From Parcubacteria group bacterium (GTDB lineage Bacteria > Patescibacteriota > JAUYIX01), in the NCBI GenBank assembly GCA_043799475.1, contig JAZDNR010000014.1, positions 1-39,378 on the forward strand: a DNA stretch of 39,378 bases. Reading direction: 5' to 3'. Each line of letters begins with the position of its first letter. The stretch's first letter is position 1. Under the pieces are notes generated by a model. The model was given only the letters and a program-made list of their open reading frames with translations. It ran no database searches and was not told the origin of the DNA. Below are positions 22,588 through 31,324 of this stretch, piece by piece. The translations under genes and the position numbers were made by a program.

Positions 22588-23040
22588 ATGCTGCGTATAG
22601 GCAAGCTTACCGATTACGGAATCGACCTTCTGACGCTCTTTGTGGCTGACAAGCGCGGATTTGGCGTTAGCGGAGTGTCAGCCTCAGAACTCTCACGGCA
22701 ATCCGGAGTTCCCCTGCCGACAGTGAGCAAGGTGTGTAAATTGCTGGCAAGAGCTGGTCTGTTGATTGGGAGTCGCGGAGCAACGGGCGGGTATCGGCTG
22801 GCACACGATCCAACTGAGATCTCACTAGCAGATGTTGTTCGTGCACTTGAGGGGCCGATTGCATTGACAGATTGTTTAGCCTCGTCTGGGACGTGCGCGG
22901 TTGAACAAACCTGCAAGACGCGCGCCAACTGGAGCCACGTCAACACACACGTCCTGCGGTCACTTGAATCGATCACTGTCGCCGACATGCACCAGGCGTC
23001 ACTCTCAACAAAATCACGCAAGTGGCATGTCCAAGCCTAA
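22588..23040 (+). CDS. Rrf2-family transcriptional regulator (IscR/SufR-like)
   Basis: Begins [11 protein letters not shown]. Winged HTH, plus three Cys ([14 protein letters not shown]) that could bind an Fe-S cluster. It sits immediately upstream of sufB. Confidence 0.85.
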   Translation: MLRIGKLTDYGIDLLTLFVADKRGFGVSGVSASELSRQSGVPLPTVSKVCKLLARAGLLIGSRGATGGYRLAHDPTEISLADVVRALEGPIALTDCLASSGTCAVEQTCKTRANWSHVNTHVLRSLESITVADMHQASLSTKSRKWHVQA

Positions 23041-24466
23041 CGCCATCGAACGAGTCAGCTTCCGTCCCTACCGTCACGGCTTCTCTAGCAAAATTGAGAG
23101 CGATAGGGTGCCGATTGGACTCAACCAAGGCATCATCCGTACGATCTCGGCTAAAAAACATGAACCGGAGTGGCTTCTCGAGTGGCGGCTGCGTGCTTAC
23201 CGGCATTGGCGTGCGCTCACACCTCCCGCTTGGCAAAATGTGAAGTTCCCGCCGATCAACTATGCGGCGATCCGCTACTACGCGGCACCCAAACGCCGCG
23301 CCCTCAAATCGCTCGACGAGATTGATCCGGAGATTGTGCGTATGTTTAACAAATTGGGGATTCCGCTCGAGGAGCAAAAACGCATCTCGGGAGTGGCGGT
23401 GGATGCCGTGGTCGACAGTGCTTCGGTCGCTACTACTTTTAAGGCAGAACTGCGCAGACTTGGGATTCTCTTTTGCAGTATGAGCGAGGCGGTGCGTGAA
23501 TATCCGGACTTGGTGCGGCAGTACCTCGGCAGCGTCGTGCCCTTTGGTGATAACTACTTTGCCAGTCTCAATGCTGCCGTGTTTAGCGATGGCTCCTTTT
23601 GCTACATTCCGCGCGGGGTGCATTGTCCGATGGATCTCTCGACCTACTTTAGAATCAACTCGGCTGGTACTGGTCAATTTGAACGCACCCTAATAATTGC
23701 CGAAGACGATTCGTACGTCAGCTATCTTGAGGGTTGTACTGCCCCACGCCGCAATGAGAACCAATTGCACGCTGCCGTAGTTGAGATCGTCGCCAAAGAT
23801 CGCGCCGAAGTACGCTATGCTACTGTCCAAAACTGGTACCCCGGCGACGCCAACGGCAAAGGCGGCATTTACAATTTTGTAACCAAGCGTGGTAAATGCG
23901 CAGGGTGTGCCAGCAAAATTAGCTGGACTCAGGTCGAGACGGGTTCTGCCATAACTTGGAAGTACCCCAGCGTAATCCTCCAAGGCGACGACTCGGTCGG
24001 TGAATTTTACTCGGTGGCGCTCACCGCCAACCACCAGCAAGCTGATACAGGTAGCAAAATGATCCATATCGGTAAGAACACACGCAGTACCATTATCGCT
24101 AAAGGTATTGCGGCGGGACGTGGACGTAACATCTACCGCGGACTCGTGCGAGTGCTCGGTAAGGCTCGGGGTGCGCGTAACTACACGCAGTGCGATTCTC
24201 TAATGCTGGGCAGCCAGTGTGAGGCCGAGACCCTACCGTATATAGAGGCGCGTCGCGGTGATACAGAACTCGAGCATGAGGCCAGCACCACGACGATCCG
24301 CGAGGACCAGTTGCTATATCTCAAGCAGCGCGGTATCGACGAGGAGCAAGCGGTCAGCCTGATCATTAACGGTTTTGGGCGTCAAGTGTTAAGTCGCCTA
24401 CCCCTGGAGTTTGCCGTCGAGGCACGTAATCTCCTGGGGTTACGCCTAGAAGGGAGCATCGCTTAG
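23027..24466 (+). CDS. sufB: Fe-S cluster assembly protein SufB
   Basis: 479 aa from ATG 23027. Typical SufB C-terminal beta-helix region, with operon context sufBCDSU. The 5' extension to 22901 overlaps the Rrf2 gene. Confidence 0.9.
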   Translation: MSKPNAIERVSFRPYRHGFSSKIESDRVPIGLNQGIIRTISAKKHEPEWLLEWRLRAYRHWRALTPPAWQNVKFPPINYAAIRYYAAPKRRALKSLDEIDPEIVRMFNKLGIPLEEQKRISGVAVDAVVDSASVATTFKAELRRLGILFCSMSEAVREYPDLVRQYLGSVVPFGDNYFASLNAAVFSDGSFCYIPRGVHCPMDLSTYFRINSAGTGQFERTLIIAEDDSYVSYLEGCTAPRRNENQLHAAVVEIVAKDRAEVRYATVQNWYPGDANGKGGIYNFVTKRGKCAGCASKISWTQVETGSAITWKYPSVILQGDDSVGEFYSVALTANHQQADTGSKMIHIGKNTRSTIIAKGIAAGRGRNIYRGLVRVLGKARGARNYTQCDSLMLGSQCEAETLPYIEARRGDTELEHEASTTTIREDQLLYLKQRGIDEEQAVSLIINGFGRQVLSRLPLEFAVEARNLLGLRLEGSIA

Positions 24467-24468
24467 TC

Positions 24469-25185
24469 ATGTCTATGTCCGGCGCAGTAAAAAACGTACT
24501 CTCCATTAAAAACCTAGCCGTAACATGCCAGGGTAAAGAAATCCTTAAGAGCCTCTCGCTACAAGTTCTGCCGGGTCAGTTGCATGTCATCGCGGGACCC
24601 AATGGATCTGGTAAGAGCACCCTCGCACATGTTCTTGCGGGTGATCCGCGCTACGTCATCACACAGGGCAGCATTTTCTACGGCAAGATTGACTTGCTGG
24701 CACTTGCTCCCGAGGAGCGTGCGCGCGTGGGACTGTTTGTAGCTTTTCAGCACCCCGTGGAGATCCCGGGCTTGTCAGTAGCCAGTTTTTTACATGCTGT
24801 GTTGGGTGAGCAAGCGCGCGCTCAGGGGTTTGAGCCGCAGAGCCCAAATACATTTTTAGTTCTCCTCAAAAAAAAGTTGGCGGTCGTGGGCCTGCCAGCC
24901 AACATGCTCGAGCGCCCTATCAATGTGGGGTTCTCCGGGGGCGAAAAAAAGCGCTTAGAGTTATTACAACTTTTGTTGCTCGAGCCAAGTCTCATAATTT
25001 TGGATGAACTCGACTCCGGCGTTGATAGTCAAGGTACCGAACTTATTATTAGGGTGTTGCAAAAACTCCGTGCACCCGCGCGTACTATTCTCGTCATTAC
25101 GCACAACCCGGCGCTACTTAAGAAAATAAAGCCAGATGCGGTGCACCATCTTGCGACCGGCCAACTTGTCGAGGCACGCGCATGA
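24469..25185 (+). CDS. sufC: Fe-S cluster assembly ATPase SufC
   Basis: Walker A GPNGSGKST, ABC signature FSGGEKKR and Walker B ILDELDSG. Confidence 0.92.
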   Translation: MSMSGAVKNVLSIKNLAVTCQGKEILKSLSLQVLPGQLHVIAGPNGSGKSTLAHVLAGDPRYVITQGSIFYGKIDLLALAPEERARVGLFVAFQHPVEIPGLSVASFLHAVLGEQARAQGFEPQSPNTFLVLLKKKLAVVGLPANMLERPINVGFSGGEKKRLELLQLLLLEPSLIILDELDSGVDSQGTELIIRVLQKLRAPARTILVITHNPALLKKIKPDAVHHLATGQLVEARA

Positions 25186-26177
25186 AGCAGATAGCACTAA
25201 CACCCTTGCAACTGCCGACAACTCGCCAAGAAGATTGGCGCTACACCGACGTCTCCAAACTCGTTGGTCGCTATCGACCCGCTATCGCTGAGTTTCAACT
25301 AACCAAGCAACCCCGCGGCGTGCAGCTTGTCAACAAAGTTCTCACAGTTGCAGCTGGGACCAAACTCCAAGAGCCACTCGTTCTCACATTACCCAACTTA
25401 GGCGCCAACACTTTGGTTCGCCCAAAGCTCAAGGTCCGTATTGGGGCTGGTGCTTTGGTAAATTTGCACGAGCGATACAACGCATCTGGAGCGCACAATG
25501 GTTTAATCTGGCCCCAGATCGACTTTGAGCTCGATCCTCTAGCTCAACTCTCGCACATAATTGAGGCAGCGAGCGTGGCTCGCCTCATTACTATTCATAC
25601 TGCATTTTTAGCAGAACAAACCTTGCTCAAGTCATGGCTTGTCTCGAGTGGATCAGCTTTAGCGCGCCACGAATATCACGTCAGGCTAGCTGGCAAAGGG
25701 GCTAACGCAGATCTGCGCGGTCTCTTACTTGCTACACAAAATCATCAAGTTGGATGTCACACAAGTGTCGAGCACTGTTCGGCTGCAACCCAGTCTCGTC
25801 AGCTCTATCGGGCGGTTGTAGCGGGGCAAGCCAGTGCTATTACGCATAGTAAAGTTTTTGTTAGACACGGTGCAACCCAAGCCACCTCTGAACAACTTCT
25901 CAAAACGCTTTTACTAGACTCAACCGCCAAAGGTTTTGCTCGGCCAGAGCTCCATGTAGCCAACCATCAAGTACATTGCTCGCACGGAGCGGCCACTGGT
26001 CAACTCAATCCGCAGGTACTTTTTTATCTCAAAAGTCGCGGGCTCACCCCGCATCAAGCCCAACGCTTGCTCCTACGTGCTTTTGTGTTGGCTGATGCCG
26101 CAGCTAATCCGTACGCGCAAGAACTTATCGAAGGCGCACTCGACAGAATACTCGACAGAATCCTCAATCAACCGTGA
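25182..26177 (+). CDS. sufD: Fe-S cluster assembly protein SufD
   Basis: 331 aa with a SufB/D-family C-terminal region. ATGA overlap with sufC, and the expected position in the operon. Confidence 0.85.
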   Translation: MKQIALTPLQLPTTRQEDWRYTDVSKLVGRYRPAIAEFQLTKQPRGVQLVNKVLTVAAGTKLQEPLVLTLPNLGANTLVRPKLKVRIGAGALVNLHERYNASGAHNGLIWPQIDFELDPLAQLSHIIEAASVARLITIHTAFLAEQTLLKSWLVSSGSALARHEYHVRLAGKGANADLRGLLLATQNHQVGCHTSVEHCSAATQSRQLYRAVVAGQASAITHSKVFVRHGATQATSEQLLKTLLLDSTAKGFARPELHVANHQVHCSHGAATGQLNPQVLFYLKSRGLTPHQAQRLLLRAFVLADAAANPYAQELIEGALDRILDRILNQP

Positions 26178-27385
26178 GATCTTCGTTGTTACCAAAGTCT
26201 GACTTTTTGATCCTCTCTCGCTGCACAAAAAACGGCCGCCCACTGGTCTATCTCGATAGCGCTGCGACCTCACAAAAACCGCGCCAAGTACTGGCTGCGA
26301 TGCAGGAATTTTACGAGTCTGCTAACGCTAATATAAACCGTGGAGTTTACGAACTGAGTGTGCGCGCGACCCAGGCCTATGAGCAATCTCGCAAAACCGT
26401 ACAAAAGTTTATCGCTGCCAAAGATCCAGCGGAGATCGTGTTCACCCGTAATGCGACCGAAGCACTCAATCTCGTGGCGGAGAGTTACGGCCAGTCAGTG
26501 CTCAAGCCAGGCGACGAAATTATTCTGACGCGCCTTGAACATCACTCCAACATAGTGCCATGGCAGGTAGTGGCCAAAAAAACAGGCGCCAAGCTACAGG
26601 TTTGGGAACTAGCGCCGGATCAAACTCTAAAATTGCAGGATTTAGCAAAACTTCTCTCCTCTAAAACCAAAATTGTTGCTCTCGCACACGTCTCTAACGT
26701 ACTCGGCACGGTCACACCGATCCGAAAGGTCGCTGACTTAGCTCACGCGCAAGGTGCGATTGTCGTCGTTGATGGCGCACAAGCGGTCGGCCACCTGCCC
26801 GTCGATGTAAGCGAGCTCGGGGCTGATTTTTACGTGTTCTCCGGGCATAAAGTCTATGGTCCAACAGGGATTGGCGTGCTCTTTGGCCGGCGTGCACTAC
26901 TTGAGTCGATGCCGCCTTACCAAACGGGTGGCGACATGGTTGAGAGCGTTTCATTTGAGACCACGACGTATGCTGCGCTGCCGCAAAAATTTGAGGCGGG
27001 GACTCCTAACGTTGCTGGGGCGATTGGTCTGGTCGCTGCTCTTAACTATATCAATCGTCACGGTGTCGCCAATCTAGGAGAACACGAGCGGATGCTGGCC
27101 GCTCAAGCTACTAAAGAGTTAGCTAAGCTCCCAGGAGTTAAAGTGCTTTCTCGGGGAAGCTCGGGACTTGTGTCGTTTGTGGTAGAAGGCCTTCATGCAC
27201 ACGACGTAGGGACCATACTTGATCGTGAGGGTGTCGCTATTCGTACCGGCCTGCTCTGTGCAGAACCACTCGTCCGCTCGCTCGGCTTTGAGGCAATTTG
27301 TCGCGCTTCTTTTGCGGGTTACAGCGATGAGTCGGATGTCTTGGCGCTAGTGGCCGCGCTAAAAAAAGCCTGTGCACTAACATGA
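26174..27385 (+). CDS. sufS: Cysteine desulfurase SufS (class II)
   Basis: Motifs FSGHKVYGPTGIG and RTGLLCAEP. 4-nt overlaps with both neighbours. Confidence 0.9.
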   Translation: MRSSLLPKSDFLILSRCTKNGRPLVYLDSAATSQKPRQVLAAMQEFYESANANINRGVYELSVRATQAYEQSRKTVQKFIAAKDPAEIVFTRNATEALNLVAESYGQSVLKPGDEIILTRLEHHSNIVPWQVVAKKTGAKLQVWELAPDQTLKLQDLAKLLSSKTKIVALAHVSNVLGTVTPIRKVADLAHAQGAIVVVDGAQAVGHLPVDVSELGADFYVFSGHKVYGPTGIGVLFGRRALLESMPPYQTGGDMVESVSFETTTYAALPQKFEAGTPNVAGAIGLVAALNYINRHGVANLGEHERMLAAQATKELAKLPGVKVLSRGSSGLVSFVVEGLHAHDVGTILDREGVAIRTGLLCAEPLVRSLGFEAICRASFAGYSDESDVLALVAALKKACALT

Positions 27386-27825
27386 ACAGCCTTAGCGAAG
27401 ATCTTTACCAAGAAACGATCTTGGATCACGCCAGTCGGCCACGGCACGCCCATCCGCTCGAGGGTAGTCAGCAAACGCACGCCTACAATCCACTGTGTGG
27501 AGACAGTCTAACCGTCTTTGCGCGTGCCATTGGCCAGAGACAGGGACTTCACGAAATTGCTTGTGTTGCACATGGCTGTGTGCTCTCCAAGGCTTCGGCC
27601 TCGCTCATGGCCGCTACGACACAAAAAAAATCAAAGGCTGAGATACTAGAACTCTGCGACCAAGTCCAGCGGATGGTCACTGGCCTGCACGCCATACCAA
27701 CCAACGCGACCCTTGAGTCACTCCAACCGCTCGCCTCGGTCGCGCGCTACCCGGCCCGTATCAAATGCGTCATGTTGCCCTGGCACGCGCTTAAAAAACT
27801 ACTAAGCAATACGGCGGCACAATGA
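27382..27825 (+). CDS. sufU: Sulfur-transfer/scaffold protein SufU
   Basis: Motifs NPLCGD and HGCVLSKASAS. Confidence 0.85.
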   Translation: MNSLSEDLYQETILDHASRPRHAHPLEGSQQTHAYNPLCGDSLTVFARAIGQRQGLHEIACVAHGCVLSKASASLMAATTQKKSKAEILELCDQVQRMVTGLHAIPTNATLESLQPLASVARYPARIKCVMLPWHALKKLLSNTAAQ

Positions 27826-28163
27826 GACACGTCCCTACACACCCAGCTAACTCTATAGAGCAGCAGGTCCTGGGAGAACTCCAAACTTGCTATGATCCCG
27901 AGATCCCCGTCAGTATCGTCGACCTCGGCCTTATTTACCGTTACCAAATTAAGGGAACCAAAAAAAGCGGGTACCATGTGTCCGTCACTCTGACCCTGAC
28001 TACGCCCGGCTGTGCAATGGGAGTGACAATCGCAGGTGAAATCGAATCAAAGATCAAAAAGTTACCTCACGTCAAAGCCTGCCAGACGACGATCACCTTT
28101 GATCCGCCTTGGGATGCAAGTCGCATGTCGCAATCGGCCCGCTTACAACTCGGTCTGCTTTAG
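27822..28163 (+). CDS. sufT: SufT-like DUF59 Fe-S assembly protein
   Basis: Motifs DPEIPVSIVDLGLIY and TLTTPGCAM. Confidence 0.8.
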   Translation: MRHVPTHPANSIEQQVLGELQTCYDPEIPVSIVDLGLIYRYQIKGTKKSGYHVSVTLTLTTPGCAMGVTIAGEIESKIKKLPHVKACQTTITFDPPWDASRMSQSARLQLGLL

Positions 28164-28267
28164 TTTGAACAAAAACACGCAACGCTCTCGACTGGAGAGC
28201 GTTGTGTACTGGGAAGTGATTTTGTAGCTGGGAGTATATCACGCGGCAAGCTACACTTTATCCACCT

Positions 28268-28612
28268 ATGCACATCCAAGTTCTCTACTTTAAAGGCTGC
28301 CCCAATTATCTTGCCGCTATCGGCAATCTCAACGCCGCTTTGCACGCGCTTAGCATGTCTAAAAGCACCACGGTTGAACCTCGTGAGATCAAAACCCAAG
28401 CCGAGGCAGAGGCTAAGCACTTTATCGGCTCACCAACATTTATTATTGAGGGTCTCGATATGTTTGGAGAACCAAGCAGCCTCACTTATGGCCTGCGGTG
28501 TCGCACCTACGTACTTGATGGACGTATGGTAAGCGTTCCTACACAGGCAGACTTTGCCGAGCATCTGCGCGTGTTGACCAAGCGACCGCGACCACAATCC
28601 AAACCACGCTAA
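28268..28612 (+). CDS. Small thioredoxin-fold protein
   Basis: 114 aa with the pattern VLYFKGCPN ... GSPTFIIEG, typical of glutaredoxin/thioredoxin-like folds. Confidence 0.6.
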   Translation: MHIQVLYFKGCPNYLAAIGNLNAALHALSMSKSTTVEPREIKTQAEAEAKHFIGSPTFIIEGLDMFGEPSSLTYGLRCRTYVLDGRMVSVPTQADFAEHLRVLTKRPRPQSKPR

Positions 28613-28654
28613 ACAGGTCACCAGCCTGAACACTAAATGTGCTCATAAAAATGT

Positions 28655-28774
28655 TTAGGGCCCTATCGTGATGCGATGGGCCCTTAGTCGAGGATGCTCC
28701 CCCTCGACAGGGATTGTGGCTCGGCGTTTTAGCGCCAGAGCCGCGGATGATCCTGACGCTGCAGGGGTCCGCAT
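28655..28774 (-). CDS. Possible 39-aa small ORF
   Basis: SD AAAGGAG lies 8 nt before the ATG (28774). The stop is embedded in a 10-bp hairpin (28658-28683) followed by TAAACATTTTTAT. No recognisable similarity. Confidence 0.2.
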   Translation of the reverse strand: MRTPAASGSSAALALKRRATIPVEGEHPRLRAHRITIGP

Positions 28775-29235
28775 ATGTTCTACTCCTTTCTCCCTGCGCG
28801 ATCTTCGCGATTCTATCTATACGCGCCAACGGGATGAATCTGATTGAAGCCGGTGTGTGAAGCCGGCCACATAAGGTTGCGGCGTCCGCAGTCTGTCTCT
28901 GTCAAAGATCGACCGGTGACGAGGTGCGACTGTCAGACGGTAAGCCCCGAGTGACCTAGACCTCTTTGAGGTTGTGGGACAAAGTTGTCCCTGGTATGTC
29001 TGGTACACCATGGGCCTACGAGGAGCGCTTCGCACATCTTGTTATTAAGTGGACGACGTGCGGACGCCGCGTGAACGCGCGACATGCCGTGGCTCGCTAC
29101 GTGAACGGGCGGCTGTCCCGATACTTGCGCACGGAACACCTCCTGATCTTAACACCGACGAAATAAAGGATCGGACGTGTGGAGAGAACACCCCGGGGAG
29201 CACCATGGTTGGCGCTGTTCCCAGAGGATTCAAGG

Positions 29236-29264
29236 AACTTACCAGTTAATCCCGGTCCTGTCAA
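29236..29264 (-). promoter_or_regulatory. Sigma70-like promoter inside the ORF-poor gap
   Basis: Minus strand: TTGACA (29264-29259), 17-nt spacer, TAAGTT (29241-29236). Confidence 0.45.
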
Positions 29265-29336
29265 GACTATGTGCAGACTGGGCGCAGCGGGGCTTTTTGG
29301 ACCATTTGAGGCCCTTTATCGCAAAGATTTGGGGCC

Positions 29337-29493
29337 AAAATAAAGATGGGGGTTGAAAGACGAGTCCAACCCCCGGTGTAGTCAGGGAATGACCGCCTGA
29401 CCACTTATGTAAGCGGCCCGTTCCCCATGCCTTTAAAACGCCGGGACACGGTAATCGCCTCTCTAGCATAAGGAACGGGCACTCACGAGCAAC
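29337..29493 (-). ncRNA. Candidate small RNA of about 150 nt (unknown family)
   Basis: Promoter at 29500-29527. A long-range pairing GCCCGTTCC/GGAACGGGC, and hairpin GTCAGG..CCTGAC. Terminator GGGGGTTG..CAACCCCC followed by ATCTTTATTTTG (29337-29374). Confidence 0.4.
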
Positions 29494-29499
29494 GCCGGC

Positions 29500-29527
29500 A
29501 TGCTAGCAAAACTGTTACCCTTGACAA
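29500..29527 (-). promoter_or_regulatory. Promoter of the candidate sRNA
   Basis: Minus strand: TTGTCA (29527-29522), 16-nt spacer, TAGCAT (29505-29500). Its -35 overlaps the -35 of the divergent plus-strand promoter. Confidence 0.45.
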
Positions 29528-29548
29528 AGTGCCGAGATTTGCTACACT
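29521..29548 (+). promoter_or_regulatory. Promoter of the Zn-ribbon gene
   Basis: TTGACA (29521-29526), 16-nt spacer, TACACT (29543-29548). Confidence 0.5.
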
Positions 29549-29647
29549 CTCCGCGACAAAAAGTTTTAGTACTCGGTTCTCGAGTAATCGAAGGACAAAG
29601 AGGCAAAAAGCCCAGTAGTCAGTTAATAAATTAAGTAAGGAATCACA

Positions 29648-29842
29648 GTGCCCTTCGATCAAAATCGACCGGGCGGGCCGTCAAACGGCCAAGGTGGATT
29701 CCGACGCCAGATGGTGAAAGGTGCCTGGACCTGCTCAAACTGCGGGAACCAGATCACCGAGCTACCGTTCGAACCGGACGGTCAGCGCCCCATCTACTGT
29801 CGGGACTGCCACGCCCAGCGCCGCCGCGACTACCGTCGCTAA
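29648..29842 (+). CDS. Small CxxC-x17-CxxC zinc-ribbon protein
   Basis: 64 aa with CSNCGNQITELPFEPDGQRPIYCRDC and an Arg-rich tail. SD AAGGA lies before the GTG. Strong terminator downstream. Confidence 0.75.
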   Translation: MPFDQNRPGGPSNGQGGFRRQMVKGAWTCSNCGNQITELPFEPDGQRPIYCRDCHAQRRRDYRR

Positions 29843-29869
29843 CGCGCCTCGCGCCTAACTAAGGCGCGA

Positions 29870-29905
29870 CCAATACCGCCCCCGTAAGGGGGCGGTATTG
29901 GTTTT
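29870..29905 (+). terminator. Intrinsic terminator of the Zn-ribbon gene
   Basis: 14-bp hairpin CCAATACCGCCCCC-gtaa-GGGGGCGGTATTGG followed by TTTT. Confidence 0.85.
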
Positions 29906-29921
29906 GCAGGCTACACTTATT

Positions 29922-29954
29922 AAAAAAGGGGAGCCGGATTGAGTCCTGGCTCCC
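29922..29954 (-). terminator. Intrinsic terminator downstream of tRNA-Glu
   Basis: Minus strand: hairpin GGGAGCC..GGCTCCC followed by T6 (29922-29927). Confidence 0.7.
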
Positions 29955-30056
29955 GCACTAGACCTTCAAGGGAGTACCCTCACTTTCTGGTGCACTAATG
30001 GCACTGGGTCACGAGTCTAAGCTAAACGCAGCCTGGAGATACATTTTTCTTTAGTG

Positions 30057-30134
30057 TGGTGGTCCCATCGGGATTCGAACCCGAGTTTTCTGGCTGAAAA
30101 CCAGACGTCCTAGGCCAGGCTAGACGATGGGACC
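30057..30134 (-). tRNA. tRNA-Glu (anticodon UUC), CCA encoded
   Basis: The reverse complement folds as a cloverleaf. Acceptor GGTCCCA/TGGGACC, D stem GTCT/GGAC, anticodon arm TCTGG-TTTTCAG-CCAGA, T arm TCGGG-TTCGAAT-CCCGA, then discriminator A plus CCA. Confidence 0.93.
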
Positions 30135-30141
30135 CGCGCTG

Positions 30142-30170
30142 ATACTATGGGCTTGCGCGAGTCGCGTCAA
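30142..30170 (-). promoter_or_regulatory. Promoter of tRNA-Glu
   Basis: Minus strand: TTGACG (30170-30165), 17-nt spacer, TAGTAT (30147-30142), 7 nt before the tRNA 5' end. Confidence 0.65.
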
Positions 30171-30189
30171 CGCGCAAAACTGCCTAAGT

Positions 30190-31290
30190 ATGCTTATCCT
30201 TGGGATCGAGTCGAGTTGTGACGAAACTGCCGCAGCCGTGGTTAACGGTCGGCTAGATTTGCTCTCAGCAGTCGTCTCCTCGCAGATTGATCTGCACCGC
30301 GTGACGCACGGGGTTGTGCCCGAGGTGGCCGCTCGCGCTCACACCGAAAAAATTATTCCTGTTATCGAGGCAACTCTGCGCAAGGCCCAGGTCAAGCCAG
30401 GAGAACTCGATGCCATTGCAGTCACCCGCGGCCCAGGCCTGATTACCTCACTCTTGGTCGGTCTCGAGACGGCCAAGTCACTCAGTTTTGCTCTCAATAT
30501 TCCACTTATCGGCGTCAACCATATAGAAGGTCATGTTCTCTCGAACCTTCTCACGAGGCGGACAGGCAAACGCGCTCGCGGATGGCTACGCAGCAGCGGC
30601 GCACTACGTTTTGAGAAAAAACGTTTACCGATCGTTGTTCTCACGGTATCGGGCGGACACACTGAGCTCATACTTCTAAGAGAAATTGGTCGCTATAAGT
30701 TGCTTGGCCGAACGCGTGACGATGCTGCCGGGGAAGCTTTTGACAAAGTTGCTAAGTTGCTGGGTTTACCTTACCCCGGTGGACCGGCCATCAGTGAAGC
30801 TGGCAAGGGCGGCGACGCAACGGCCTTTGCCTTTCCCCGACCCATGCTCAACATGCCTAACTTTGATTTTTCTTTTGCGGGGCTTAAAAGCGATGTTGCT
30901 CGTACGGTAGAACGGCTCTCGCCGCGGCAACGGCGCAGGTACCTGGCTGATCTCGCAGCCAGTTTTGAACAAGCTGTAGTGGACACGCTCCTCGGCAAAG
31001 CGCTGCGTGCGCTCGCGCGTTATCAGGCCCGAGAACTCTGGATTGTCGGAGGAGTAGCTGCTAACCAGCGTTTACGCAGCCAAGCGGCTCAACATTTCGC
31101 CAATTTAAGTCGCAGGATCAAAGGTAACAGGGCGGTTCACCTAGAAATACCCTCCTTTGAGTTTTGTACCGATAATGCCGTAATGATTGCGGCTGTTGGG
31201 GCCCTCAAGTACAAGCGCGGAGCTTACGACCGGATTGCGAGCTTACAAGCCGACTCTAACCTTGACCTTGTTGTCCACAGTGGGGTGTAG
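30190..31290 (+). CDS. tsaD: tRNA N6-adenosine threonylcarbamoyltransferase
   Basis: Motifs MLILGIESSCDET, NHIEGH, SGGHTEL and GGVAAN. ATG 30190 is chosen because the 30127 extension overlaps the tRNA and its promoter. Confidence 0.9.
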   Translation: MLILGIESSCDETAAAVVNGRLDLLSAVVSSQIDLHRVTHGVVPEVAARAHTEKIIPVIEATLRKAQVKPGELDAIAVTRGPGLITSLLVGLETAKSLSFALNIPLIGVNHIEGHVLSNLLTRRTGKRARGWLRSSGALRFEKKRLPIVVLTVSGGHTELILLREIGRYKLLGRTRDDAAGEAFDKVAKLLGLPYPGGPAISEAGKGGDATAFAFPRPMLNMPNFDFSFAGLKSDVARTVERLSPRQRRRYLADLAASFEQAVVDTLLGKALRALARYQARELWIVGGVAANQRLRSQAAQHFANLSRRIKGNRAVHLEIPSFEFCTDNAVMIAAVGALKYKRGAYDRIASLQADSNLDLVVHSGV

Positions 31291-31324
31291 CAGTGGGCTG
31301 CAGGTGAGTTACTCTATATAGGTC

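Noticed and set aside
28613-29520. RNase P RNA, tmRNA, SRP RNA or a frameshifted pseudogene in the ORF-poor gap
   Set aside because: There is no GGAAAGUCC/ACAGAA P4 pair, no tRNA-like 3' end with GGTTCGAATCC...CCA, and no SRP GGAA-AGCA domain IV. The staircase ORFs translate to Arg-rich sequences with no recognisable similarity, so a pseudogene cannot be supported from sequence alone.
30127-30189. Long 5' extensions of ORFs from the track (tsaD 30127, sufB 22901, Rrf2 22525, hisS 14233, valS 32686, rsmH 17863, NifS-like 21137)
   Set aside because: The extensions overlap a tRNA and its promoter, upstream genes, or promoter/hairpin regions. They add non-conserved N-termini, whereas internal starts give canonical N-termini and lengths.
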